NCBI GenBank assembly: GCA_963664395.2
Contig: OY761159.2
Coordinates: forward strand, 2,496,001-2,560,000
Source: Candidatus Binatia bacterium
GTDB taxonomy: Bacteria > Desulfobacterota > Binatia > Bin18
Length of the DNA: 64,000 bases
Direction: 5' to 3'
A program made the translations under genes and the position numbers. Position 1 is the first letter of the stretch. Each line of letters begins with the position of its first letter. The notes beneath the pieces were generated by a model that saw only the letters and a program-made list of their open reading frames with translations, was not told the origin of the DNA and made no database searches. Below are positions 1 to 9,138 of the stretch, in pieces.

Positions 1-280
1 TACCCCCGACGGCCCGGCGACCCAAGCCGAGCAGAGCCAAGTTGTTTGACTCGGTTGCTCCTGAAGTGAATATGATTTCATCGGCGTCCGCGCCGATCAG
101 CCGCGCCACGCACGTGGCAGCTTCTTCCACGGCTTTTGCAGATTCCCAACCAAGGCTGTGATCCGACGAATGCGGATTGCCGAATAACTCCGCATAATAT
201 GGAGTCATGGCAGCCACAACGCGCGCATTGACCGGCGTTGTGGCCTGATGGTCAAAATAGAGGGTTTTACCGATTTTCAT
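1..280 (-). CDS. Cysteine desulfurase (IscS/DndA/SspA-like), N-terminal part; runs off the left edge
   Basis: Not in the ORF track. My translation from ATG at 280 gives [21 protein letters not shown]...FGNPHS...[16 protein letters not shown], the typical group I desulfurase N-terminus. Divergent from the sspB-like gene. Confidence 0.9.
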   Translation of the reverse strand, partial: MKIGKTLYFDHQATTPVNARVVAAMTPYYAELFGNPHSSDHSLGWESAKAVEEAATCVARLIGADADEIIFTSGATESNNLALLGLGRRAVGG

Positions 281-373
281 TGTTCCTGGGCGGATGCTCC
301 CTTGAGACTACCATAGGGTATAGGATATGAGCTACACACGACCCGGAGGCTCCATCCGGCAACTAGAGGCTAC

Positions 374-1345
374 ATGGCACGCGGACCACTTTTTCAAGAC
401 GGCTACAAGCCGCAATTTTCGGGACACGAAACCTTTCCGCTCCGCTATGGATGGCTGAAGAAAGTATTCGACCGCGTCGCTGAAACCGAGAACGAGCCCG
501 ATAACAGAAACGCCTGTTGGGACGATGGGGCTATTGCACGCTTCGGCGTTGGCAAAAACATGGTGGCCTCCATGCGCCATTGGGCAAAAATGAGCGGAAT
601 CATTGAGGAGCCAACCGGTACAAGCACCGTTTGCCCGACAGAACTTGGCCGTATGCTTTTCGGGCCGGACGGGCTTGACCCGTATATGGAGCACCCCGCC
701 ACGCTCTGGTTGATCCATTGGCTGTTGGTGGCACAGCCCGAAAAAACAACCTGGTTCTGGACCTTCAGCCACTCCCCCGCTATGACCTTTGACCGGGACG
801 GCCTTGTCAGGAAACTCGAACGCCTCGCCCAAGACCGCTTCCAGGACAAAGCTTGGCCGCGTATAGCAGGTCATACAATCAAAAACGATGTTGCCTGCTT
901 TATTCGGACCTATGTCGCCCGGCAGACGACGGGAAAGATGAGACACGATGACGTGCTTGAATCGCCCCTGACCGAGTTGGGGCTCATCAAGTCTATCGGC
1001 AAACAAGACGGATTTAGTTTTGTGCGTGGTCCGAAGGCCACGTTGGGCGATGGTGTATTTGTCTATGCGCTCATCGACTTTTGGACGCGCTATTTCTCCA
1101 ACGCAGCCACGTTGTCGTTTGAGGCCGTTGCCTACGCGCCCGGTGGGCCGGGCCGGGTCTTTCTGTTTGACGAGAACGATGTCGCCGACCGTCTTGCCGC
1201 GCTTGACGAGGTGACGCGCGGCAAGCTCAGATGGTCCGAGACAGCCGGGCTGAAGCAAGTGGTGCGCACTATCGATATTGGTGAAGAAAACCCGCTGTCC
1301 TATGTGTCGAGCGACTACCGCGAGCGTGGTAGGAAGGCGGCTTGA
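374..1345 (+). CDS. sspB: DUF4007 protein, SspB-like
   Basis: FSGHETFPLRYGWLKK and FGVGKNMVASMRHW motifs; C-terminal ETAGLKQV; precedes a large ATPase and a PAPS-reductase-like gene. Confidence 0.85.
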   Translation: MARGPLFQDGYKPQFSGHETFPLRYGWLKKVFDRVAETENEPDNRNACWDDGAIARFGVGKNMVASMRHWAKMSGIIEEPTGTSTVCPTELGRMLFGPDGLDPYMEHPATLWLIHWLLVAQPEKTTWFWTFSHSPAMTFDRDGLVRKLERLAQDRFQDKAWPRIAGHTIKNDVACFIRTYVARQTTGKMRHDDVLESPLTELGLIKSIGKQDGFSFVRGPKATLGDGVFVYALIDFWTRYFSNAATLSFEAVAYAPGGPGRVFLFDENDVADRLAALDEVTRGKLRWSETAGLKQVVRTIDIGEENPLSYVSSDYRERGRKAA

Positions 1346-4300
1346 TGGCACTACACGAACGGGTCCGCATAGAGCGTCGCTTTCTGAGATCGATTCGCAT
1401 TGACGACGATCTAGGTGAATCCGCCGCGCTCGAAGGATTTGTCTGCCCCCAATCGTCTGCTGATGTCCTCATGACAATGGCGCGTCATGTCTCTGAAACG
1501 GGACACGGCGCATTCACGTGGACCGGTCCGTACGGAAGCGGGAAGTCAAGTCTTGTTGTTGCACTAAGCGCCTTGCTGAACGGCAATACGGGCCTGCAAA
1601 GTGAGGCGACTCAGGTCTTCGGGCAGAGTCTGACCAATACGATTTGGAACGCCTTACCGACCGGTCACAAAGGATGGCGCGTCATCCCGGTTGTTGGCAG
1701 ACGTGACCATCCTGTCAGCGTCATTGGGGAAGCCGTTCAGAGCGCAGGGCTCGTACCGCGCCGGCCTCGCGGCGGCTGGACCGAGAGCAAGCTGATCGCC
1801 ACACTGACAGCCGCGTCTGCCGAAAACCCCGAGACCCACGGCGGACTGATTCTGTTCATTGATGAGATGGGCAAATTTCTTGAAGCCGCCGCGCGGGACA
1901 GCTCCGATATCTATATTCTTCAGCAACTTGCAGAGGCAGCCTCACGAAGCAACGGGCGTTTCCTTATTGTCGGAGTGTTGCATCAGGCATTTGAGGAATA
2001 CGCCCACCGGCTTTCGCGCGAGATGCGCGACGAGTGGGCCAAGATTCAGGGGCGTTTCATTGACCTTGTTGTAGACGCTGCCGGCGAAGAGCAGATCGAC
2101 CTGATTTCCCGTGCGATTGAGAGTGACCATCATCCGAAAGAACCGAGCGAGTCGGCGTCCACGGTTGCCGCGATTGCGCGCCGCGAGCGCCCGAGTGAGG
2201 CTGAACGGTTTGCCTCCATATTGGCAGCGTGCTGGCCGTTGCATCCGGTTGTGGCCTGCCTGCTCGGTCCGATATCGCGCCGGCGTTTTGGTCAGAATCA
2301 ACGCAGTATCTTCGGCTTTCTGAATTCATCCGAGCCTCACGGTTTTCAGGACTTTCTCAAACACGCTGGGGATAGCGAGCGGTACGGCCCGGATCGTCTC
2401 TGGGATTATCTGCGCGCCAATCTGGAGCCATCCATTCTGGCTTCGCCCGACGGACACCGCTGGGCTTCAGCGGTGGAGGCGCTTGAACGTTGCGAATCCA
2501 CGTGTGGAGATGACCTCCATAGCAAGCTGCTCAAGACGATCAGTGTCATCGATCTATTTAAGGAGCGCTCAGGGCTGGTTGCGAGCTTCGAGCTGCTACG
2601 GAGTTGCTTTCCCGACACTTCAATCGAAGCACTTCAACAAGCCTTGTCCCAACTCGATACCTGGTCGTTCACAATTTTCAGAAAGTTTCTTGGCGCATAC
2701 GCTATTTTTGCCGGAAGCGATTTCGATATTGACCGCGCCGTTCGGACAGCGCTTGACGATATCGACACAATCGATTTTCCGGTTCTGAAATCCCTCGCTG
2801 GATTGCAGCCGATTCTCGCCAAGCGCCACTATCACGAGACGGGCACGCTACGCTGGTTCGATGTGGATATCTTCCCGCTCAGCAATCTTGTTGAATTTAC
2901 TTCTCGCTCCGAACCTAAAAACGGTGCAATCGGTCAATTCTTACTCGCAATAGCGACCGAAGGAGAAGACGAGGAACAGGCAAAAGATTTATGCCGTAAG
3001 GCAGCATGCCACGGCAACGCCTGGGATATCATTGTCGGTACTTCGAGCAGCTCTCAGGCCGTGGTGCCGCTGGCGCGGGAGCTGCTTGCGCTGGAAAGGG
3101 TCAGCAACGACCATCCCGAGCTGGCGGGTGATCCTGTGGCAAGGCGGGAAGTTGATGCCCGGCTTGCGGATATGCAGGCCCTTCTTGAAACGGAATTGCA
3201 CAAGGCGTTCGATAATGCGTTATGGTTCCGCGAGCATTATCAGCCTACACCCTTACGGCAGGCTGAATTGAACACTCTGGCTTCCGAACTGGCCGATAGA
3301 CGCTTCAGCCAATGTCCTCGACTGTATAACGAACTACTCAATCGACACAAACCGTCAACGAGTGCTATTACGGCACAGAATCACCTGTTACGGCGCATGG
3401 TCCAGAATGAAGGCGAGCCGCGGCTTGGCATTGAGGAGTTCCCCGCCGAGGGTGGGTTGTTCGTGTCCGTTCTTGAATCAAGTGGACTCTACGCACCGGA
3501 AGATAAGGGTTGGCGTTTCGTTTCACCAATGGAGACGCTTGATGATCCGTGCTTCCTTGCTCCTATGTGGGAAGCGGCGCTCGCGCATGTGAAAGCGCAT
3601 GCTAGGCGTACCGTTGCCGTCTCTGAACTGTTCGACCTGTGGCGCAAACCCCCGTTCGGTCTCAAGGATGGGCTCATGCCGATTCTTGCCGTCGCCTTCG
3701 TGTTGTCTTACCGTAACAAACTGGCGGTCTATCGGGGCGGTATTTTTAGAGCGCGATTTGACGATGTGGATGTCGAGTATCTGGCAAAGAATGCGACCAC
3801 CATACAGTTGCGCTGGATGGACCTGTCGGAGGGTTCCCGTAATTTGCTTTCCGGCATGGCGCAGGTCGTCCGCGATCTTGACGGCGCAAACACCCTTATT
3901 CATCTGGAGCCTATTGATGTTGGTCGCGGCCTGGTGGCGATCTACGATCAACTGCCGCAATGGACCACGCGAACGATGCACCTATCTGCGAACGCTGTGC
4001 GTGTCCGGGATATTTTCAAACGTGCGTACGATCCCAATGCGTTTCTGTTTGAAGACATCCCAGGAACGCTCGGTGAAGACGTAGCGCTGGCCACTAACCG
4101 GGATGTGCACCGGATCATAGCAAGCGTCCGAGAGGGGCTAGAAGAATTAGTCCGTGCCTATCCTGAAATGCTCAACCGCCTGCGCGATAGCATGCTTTCG
4201 GAATTGCAGGTCCCGAATGCCTCGCCGCAATCGCTGGCGGAATTACGAGACCGTGCAGAAAACATCAGGCAGCTTGCCGGCGACTTCAGGCTCGAAGCCT

Positions 4301-4725
4301 TTGTTGGCAGGCTCTCGCAGTTCGACGGTAGCGACGAGAGCTTTGAAGGGATAGCAAGTCTCGCGGCGAACAAGCCGCCCCGCGATTGGGTTGATCCCGA
4401 TCTCGATCAAGCCGCCATTGAGCTGGCTGATATGGCGCAGAAATTCCTCCGCGCCGAAACATTCGCGCGTGTGAAGGGCCGACCGAACAAACGGCACGCT
4501 ATGGCGGTCGTTGTCGGGACGGACAGAAATCCACGCCCGTTGCTAGAGGAATTTACTATCGCTGACGCTGACCGTGCTAGTATTAACGATCTTATCAACC
4601 GCCTTTCAGCAATCCTTGAAGAGGCAGACGATAGCATCATCTTGGCGGCGCTGGCGGAACTCAGCATACGCTACATGCAGAAGTCGCCTCCGCAACTGAA
4701 GGGGAAAGAGAGGGCCGCATCTTGA
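1345..4725 (+). CDS. sspC: Large P-loop ATPase, SspC-like
   Basis: Walker A GPYGSGKSS, Walker B LILFIDEMGKFLE, FGQNQRSIFGFL motif; TGATG overlap with the sspB stop. Confidence 0.8.
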   Translation: MALHERVRIERRFLRSIRIDDDLGESAALEGFVCPQSSADVLMTMARHVSETGHGAFTWTGPYGSGKSSLVVALSALLNGNTGLQSEATQVFGQSLTNTIWNALPTGHKGWRVIPVVGRRDHPVSVIGEAVQSAGLVPRRPRGGWTESKLIATLTAASAENPETHGGLILFIDEMGKFLEAAARDSSDIYILQQLAEAASRSNGRFLIVGVLHQAFEEYAHRLSREMRDEWAKIQGRFIDLVVDAAGEEQIDLISRAIESDHHPKEPSESASTVAAIARRERPSEAERFASILAACWPLHPVVACLLGPISRRRFGQNQRSIFGFLNSSEPHGFQDFLKHAGDSERYGPDRLWDYLRANLEPSILASPDGHRWASAVEALERCESTCGDDLHSKLLKTISVIDLFKERSGLVASFELLRSCFPDTSIEALQQALSQLDTWSFTIFRKFLGAYAIFAGSDFDIDRAVRTALDDIDTIDFPVLKSLAGLQPILAKRHYHETGTLRWFDVDIFPLSNLVEFTSRSEPKNGAIGQFLLAIATEGEDEEQAKDLCRKAACHGNAWDIIVGTSSSSQAVVPLARELLALERVSNDHPELAGDPVARREVDARLADMQALLETELHKAFDNALWFREHYQPTPLRQAELNTLASELADRRFSQCPRLYNELLNRHKPSTSAITAQNHLLRRMVQNEGEPRLGIEEFPAEGGLFVSVLESSGLYAPEDKGWRFVSPMETLDDPCFLAPMWEAALAHVKAHARRTVAVSELFDLWRKPPFGLKDGLMPILAVAFVLSYRNKLAVYRGGIFRARFDDVDVEYLAKNATTIQLRWMDLSEGSRNLLSGMAQVVRDLDGANTLIHLEPIDVGRGLVAIYDQLPQWTTRTMHLSANAVRVRDIFKRAYDPNAFLFEDIPGTLGEDVALATNRDVHRIIASVREGLEELVRAYPEMLNRLRDSMLSELQVPNASPQSLAELRDRAENIRQLAGDFRLEAFVGRLSQFDGSDESFEGIASLAANKPPRDWVDPDLDQAAIELADMAQKFLRAETFARVKGRPNKRHAMAVVVGTDRNPRPLLEEFTIADADRASINDLINRLSAILEEADDSIILAALAELSIRYMQKSPPQLKGKERAAS

Positions 4726-5561
4726 CCACTGATATGGAACGGCACGTACTCGGTCTTTCCGGCGGGCGTGACAGTGCGGCACTGGCTGTCTACATGCGGC
4801 AGCAGCATCCCGCGCTCGACATTCAGTATTTCTTTACGGACACGGGCAAGGAGCTGCCCGAGGTATACGAATTTCTTGGGCGGCTGGAAGGTTTTCTCGG
4901 ACAGCCCATATTACGGCTGAATCCTGACCGGGATTTTGATTTCTGGCTGAAGCAGTACAACGACTTTCTGCCCTCTCCGCAAACCCGTTGGTGTACCCGG
5001 CAACTCAAGCTGCGTCCGTTTGAGCAGTGGTTACGTCCAATGCTGCAAGCCGGCGAGACGATCTACAGCTACGTAGCGATCCGTAGCGATGAAGAATACC
5101 GGGAGGGGTATTCGTCCAAGAATGACAAGCTCATCGTTAAACTACCCTTCAAGGAAGCGGGTATCGACAAGCCCGGCGTTCTGGAAATTCTTGATGGTGC
5201 CGGGCTGGGCTTGCCGAAGTACTACTCATGGCGTACCCGTAGCGGCTGCACGTTTTGCTTTTTTCAGCAGAAGATCGAATGGGTGCGACTCAAGGAGCAG
5301 CACCCCGACGCTTTTGAGGAAGCCAAAGCCTACGAAAAGACTGCCGTTAAAAACGGCTCGCCTTTCACCTGGAGCCAAGGCGAGTCATTGGAAGAGTTGG
5401 AACGACCGGAACGCATAGCCCAGATCATGCAAGATCACGAACGACGCCTTGCGCGTAAACGCTCCAAGGTCCAGCCAAATCCATTAAGGCCGGACGGCGA
5501 GCCGTTGGATATAGATGATCTGTACGGCAAGGCAAAGGTGTGTTTGGCGTGTCATAAGTAA
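4722..5561 (+). CDS. sspD: PAPS reductase / PP-loop family protein, SspD-like
   Basis: PP-loop LSGGRDS, RWCTRQLK, RSGCTFCFFQ, C-terminal CLACHK. Confidence 0.85.
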   Translation: MTTDMERHVLGLSGGRDSAALAVYMRQQHPALDIQYFFTDTGKELPEVYEFLGRLEGFLGQPILRLNPDRDFDFWLKQYNDFLPSPQTRWCTRQLKLRPFEQWLRPMLQAGETIYSYVAIRSDEEYREGYSSKNDKLIVKLPFKEAGIDKPGVLEILDGAGLGLPKYYSWRTRSGCTFCFFQQKIEWVRLKEQHPDAFEEAKAYEKTAVKNGSPFTWSQGESLEELERPERIAQIMQDHERRLARKRSKVQPNPLRPDGEPLDIDDLYGKAKVCLACHK

Positions 5562-5618
5562 TGAGTGGTCAGATAGTGCTAGACAACACCCATAGAATCA
5601 ACAGGGACAGCACCTTGT

Positions 5619-5861
5619 ATGGTCCCCCACTCCCCCTCGGACGCAGTCTGCCACTCCGGTACCCCTGCCGAATCCTCCTATGTCCTGCGCGCTGTCGGCC
5701 TCGGCCATGAAAATGCCTACGCGACCCCACGCATCGCCGCCGGCCGCACCACCGCTCACGCTGAGGCGGAACATGCTACGCGCCGTATCGAAGAAACCGT
5801 AGGCGTATTGCGAAAGTTATGGGCGCAAACAAGTTTTGGATCTGTGAGCGATGTTTGTTGA
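5619..5861 (+). pseudogene. C-terminal remnant of a second cysteine desulfurase (DndA/IscS-like)
   Basis: SDAVCHSGTPAESSYVLRAVGL...ATPRIAAGRTT resembles the SGSACxSG..PSHVLRAMG..SLRFSLGRxT C-terminus that carries the catalytic Cys loop. Confidence 0.6.
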
Positions 5862-6141
5862 TAAAGAAGCCGAAGTCCTAAAAGTCGATACGGAGGCGAT
5901 AAAAATACGACTCTTGGGGGAACCCTACGTCGTTTACAATTCGTTTGGATATCAGGCGGTGGTCGATATTTGGCACATCAAGAAAAGACGGCAGTTTCGG
6001 TTGTATCTGTCTGCGAAGTCGCTGTCGTCACAGCTAGAGAAGATAAGGAATGCAAATGCGCTAGACTATTTTACAGGTATAGAATTTTGGATTAGTAAGG
6101 CATCTAATGAGCGGTCTTCAGCCTACGCACTGTCGGAGTAA
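5851..6141 (+). CDS. Hypothetical protein (96 aa)
   Basis: Clean AT-richer ORF, tightly spaced with the next two genes. Confidence 0.6.
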   Translation: MFVDKEAEVLKVDTEAIKIRLLGEPYVVYNSFGYQAVVDIWHIKKRRQFRLYLSAKSLSSQLEKIRNANALDYFTGIEFWISKASNERSSAYALSE

Positions 6142-6145
6142 AAAC

Positions 6146-6595
6146 GTGCTGTTTCCAAATACATTCTCCGCGGAAATTCGAAAGTACGGAAAAAGGTTCA
6201 CCCTGCGAAATATCTTATCGACTGCACAAAACGCGCTAGGCGTCTACATATTTCATCACAACCATAATTTCATTTATGTAGGGCAATCCATAAGAGTTAA
6301 AGACCGTCTTGTACGTCACTACAATGAATCTCACAATGAGGAATTAGCCACCTGGATCAAAGCGCTTGATGGTAATATAAAATTTACTATATTCTATAAT
6401 ACCCAAATTGACGACCTGGAGAGATCACTTATTTTTTATCTACAGCCCATAACGAACAGAGAACGATATCCAGGCTACATACCGAAACGCACCAAATGGA
6501 GGAAGACCCATGCCCAGTGTACATCCAGCAATGAGGGGAAAGTTTGGCTCCACCGAGTACTTCATGTTGACAATGAAGGCTGGGGATGTCGCTAA
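6146..6595 (+). CDS. GIY-YIG nuclease family protein
   Basis: GVYIF...IYVGQS...RLVRHY...LERSLI...P..N motif set; GTG start after GGAG. Confidence 0.75.
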   Translation: MLFPNTFSAEIRKYGKRFTLRNILSTAQNALGVYIFHHNHNFIYVGQSIRVKDRLVRHYNESHNEELATWIKALDGNIKFTIFYNTQIDDLERSLIFYLQPITNRERYPGYIPKRTKWRKTHAQCTSSNEGKVWLHRVLHVDNEGWGCR

Positions 6596-7781
6596 TCAAC
6601 TTGTAATTCCAAAGGATATGCCTGATTGGGGAGAACTCGAACTCGAAGAGCGTTTTCAGAGAGAGATCAACTACAATCGAGTGAGAAAACAGATTGCACC
6701 TTATCTTGCTAACGATCCGGATCGATTCTTCGGAGCGCTGATTATTGCAGTAATCAACCCGGAATCGATGGAGTTCGAGGCCATGGATAACGTATCTAGT
6801 AAGATACCCAAGCTCTATCAGACTGCGTCCAAATCGTTTGGTTTCCTGACGCTATCTGGCGGCGAAATGTTGGTTCCACTAGATGGGCAACATCGGCTCG
6901 CTGCGATTAAATTCGCGCTTTCTGGAAAAGATGAAAAACAAAAACCGATCCAAGAAATCAATCCAAATACTGAACTTGCCAACGACGACGTACTCCTAAT
7001 AATGGTCAGGCATGATCCTGAGAAAGACAGGAGGATATTTAATAAGGTTAATAGATATGCAAAGGCCACAACCAAAGCCGAAAATCTGATCACTTCTGAC
7101 GATGATATTATCGCAATTATTTCAAGAGAGATAATTGCGAATGAACTAATCGGAAGCCGTCTTGTCAACTACCGGAGCAATACATTACCGGATTCCGTTC
7201 ACTATTTTACAACTTTATCAACGATATACGATGCAACGAAACATGTACTTGAAGAGCATTTCGGAAAGATCAACGATCAGGTATTACCAGACAATGCAAA
7301 CAAAAAAATGTACGAAAACGTAGCGAGAGAATATTGGGATCGCCCGTTAAGAGGTGTGACTATTTATAACGCTGCTCTATCAGATAACACCGAAGGTGGA
7401 GATGAAAAGCGAATAGAGATAAGAAAAAGTTTGCTCCTAGGGAAGCCAATATCTCAATTATCGTTGATGCTGGCGATCATAAGACTGAAAAATGTAGAAC
7501 AACCTGATGGATCAAGATTATCTTGGGAGATCATCCTAGACCGCATCAATAAAGTGAATTGGGAAATTGATAATCCAATGTGGCAAAGGATTCTGATGAA
7601 CGGGGCTAGAATCGTTAACGGGAAGCAAGCTGCTGCCTTTGCTTCCCGATTTATTGCCTACTATATCGGAGAGCCTTTGGAGGAGACAGAATTGGATAAT
7701 TTGAAAGATGTTTTTGCCAGCCATTTCTCTGAAGCCGAACGTATGAGTATCGGCCTTCCAGACAGACTGTTCAATCCCTGA
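6510..7781 (+). CDS. DGQHR-domain protein (DndB-like, ParB/Srx-related fold)
   Basis: FQREIN..R, LDGQHRLAAI and IFNKVNRYAK motifs; GGAGG RBS. Confidence 0.85.
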   Translation: MPSVHPAMRGKFGSTEYFMLTMKAGDVANQLVIPKDMPDWGELELEERFQREINYNRVRKQIAPYLANDPDRFFGALIIAVINPESMEFEAMDNVSSKIPKLYQTASKSFGFLTLSGGEMLVPLDGQHRLAAIKFALSGKDEKQKPIQEINPNTELANDDVLLIMVRHDPEKDRRIFNKVNRYAKATTKAENLITSDDDIIAIISREIIANELIGSRLVNYRSNTLPDSVHYFTTLSTIYDATKHVLEEHFGKINDQVLPDNANKKMYENVAREYWDRPLRGVTIYNAALSDNTEGGDEKRIEIRKSLLLGKPISQLSLMLAIIRLKNVEQPDGSRLSWEIILDRINKVNWEIDNPMWQRILMNGARIVNGKQAAAFASRFIAYYIGEPLEETELDNLKDVFASHFSEAERMSIGLPDRLFNP

Positions 7782-8085
7782 TTGCTCTGTGAAATTTGAT
7801 CTTCCAGTATTTGAAATCGTCGGATTTCTTGGGTTCCGACCTTAAACGATAGAAGGGAATGTGCGGTCTGTCACGACGATTGGGCTTCGCGACAATAGCG
7901 AAATATCCACTGAATGTTTCCCTCAACGCGGGAGTGTATCGTACACGCCCGTCCGTGATAGCGCCGGACTCCACGAGGTCAATCACTGCCAATAGCAGGC
8001 AAGGTTTATGAGGACTCTCTCCGCCATGAGTTGCGTCGACGTTGAGATTGGCGAACATCCATAGATATTCTTGTAAATCAGGCAT
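7771..8085 (-). pseudogene. Truncated sulfur-binding-domain (SBD) N-terminus of a PT-dependent HNH endonuclease, lacking HNH
   Basis: SPHKPCLLLAVIDLVE...IPFYRL resembles SBD motifs of ScoMcrA/SprMcrA-like proteins. The ORF ends at 104 aa against the convergent DGQHR gene. Confidence 0.6.
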
Positions 8086-8247
8086 TGCTCACTACCGATT
8101 CCGCCTGAGAATGGAGGAGAGCCTAGCAGAAGATGCTTTGACATGCCACGTATTCTCGTACTGATGGAAACAAACGGCACTTCACCAGATGCTGAACAAT
8201 CACACATCTAGGGCGTTTCACGATAGACTCTCGCCGTGCAGGGGGCT

Positions 8248-8329
8248 CCCGTCATGCCGGACGTGATCCGGCATCCAGCGGGCGGCTGGGGCTGGGGGTC
8301 TGGATTCCTGCTTCCGCAGGAATGACGGG
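8248..8329. repeat. REP-like composite palindrome
   Basis: CCCGTCATGCCGGACGTGATCCGGCATCCAG ... CTGGATTCCTGCTTCCGCAGGAATGACGGG, with terminal inverted repeats and internal hairpins. Confidence 0.7.
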
Positions 8330-8354
8330 CAGCTACACAGAATCGTAATGTGCT

Positions 8355-8648
8355 CTAGGCTTGGCGGAGTTCAAGCTCCAGGCGCATCCCGACAGCGGCT
8401 GCGGCGCGTTTCAACGTATGCAGCGTCACGCCTTCGTTCTCCGGGTCGGGCAACCGGTCGAGCTGAGAGCGACTGGTTGCCATGCGCTCGGCCATCCGTG
8501 CCTTGGAGAGGTTTTGCGTCTTCATCGCCGCCTCCAGCTTGTAGGCAAGCACGGACTTGATCGCCTGGTTCTTCGCGTCTTCATAGGTGCCGTCTTCCCG
8601 GAGTAAGCTTTCAAGCGTTGAGCCGAGATACGGGTTTTTCTTAGCCAT
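8355..8648 (-). CDS. XRE/HTH antitoxin-like protein, no toxin adjacent
   Basis: MAKKNPYLGSTLESLLREDG...LSKARMAERMATSRSQLDRL.DP.N..VTL.TL.RAA..VG..L.LEL. Confidence 0.75.
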   Translation of the reverse strand: MAKKNPYLGSTLESLLREDGTYEDAKNQAIKSVLAYKLEAAMKTQNLSKARMAERMATSRSQLDRLPDPENEGVTLHTLKRAAAAVGMRLELELRQA

Positions 8649-8768
8649 GTCGATCGTGCTCCTTATCAAGCTGTGGTTGGCAGAACGCCTCGAACAAGCG
8701 GCCCCACAAGGCCAGCTAGTCAGACGGCTATTTTTGCGCACAGGATAAGGCTGCATGGACATCCGCCG

Positions 8769-9104
8769 CTATAACGGCCCCTGTTGGCCTTCAACCTCAG
8801 GCTTGCCGGGGAAGCGTTCGACCTTGATAGCGTTTTCCCTCTGTCGAGCCTGGGCGATATCGTAGCTGTTCTGCATTCGCATGAGCGTGTCCATGCCAAC
8901 GCCGAAAGCCTTCTCGATGCGCAGAGCCATTTCTGGGGAAAGCGAGGAGCGCCCGTTCAGCAGTGCCGAGAGCGCAGGCCGCGTGACGCCCAGCGCCCTT
9001 GCGGCTTCCGTGACGGAAAGTTTCAGCGGCTCGATAATTTCGGTTTTGACAAACCCACCCGGATGAGGCGGATTCTTCAGCCTATAGCTTTTGGATGTCT
9101 CCAT
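8769..9104 (-). CDS. higA: HigA-family addiction module antitoxin (orphan)
   Basis: PPHPGGFVK..LSVTEAARALGVTRPALSALLNG..SLSPEMALRIEKAFG. Confidence 0.85.
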   Translation of the reverse strand: METSKSYRLKNPPHPGGFVKTEIIEPLKLSVTEAARALGVTRPALSALLNGRSSLSPEMALRIEKAFGVGMDTLMRMQNSYDIAQARQRENAIKVERFPGKPEVEGQQGPL

Positions 9105-9138
9105 GGTTTTCACCCTTTCAGTCAAAGTATGGGATAGC

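Noticed and set aside
332-1351. 339-aa minus-strand ORF and other long antisense or alternate-frame ORFs (22670-23491, 23442-24476, 29931-31271)
   Set aside because: They shadow genes with clear family motifs, have none of their own, and are expected in GC-rich DNA.
374-5561. BREX type 4 interpretation of the DUF4007/ATPase/PAPS-reductase genes
   Set aside because: No pglZ or brxL is in the window, while an adjacent desulfurase and other PT-associated genes favour Ssp. It is not fully excluded beyond the edge.
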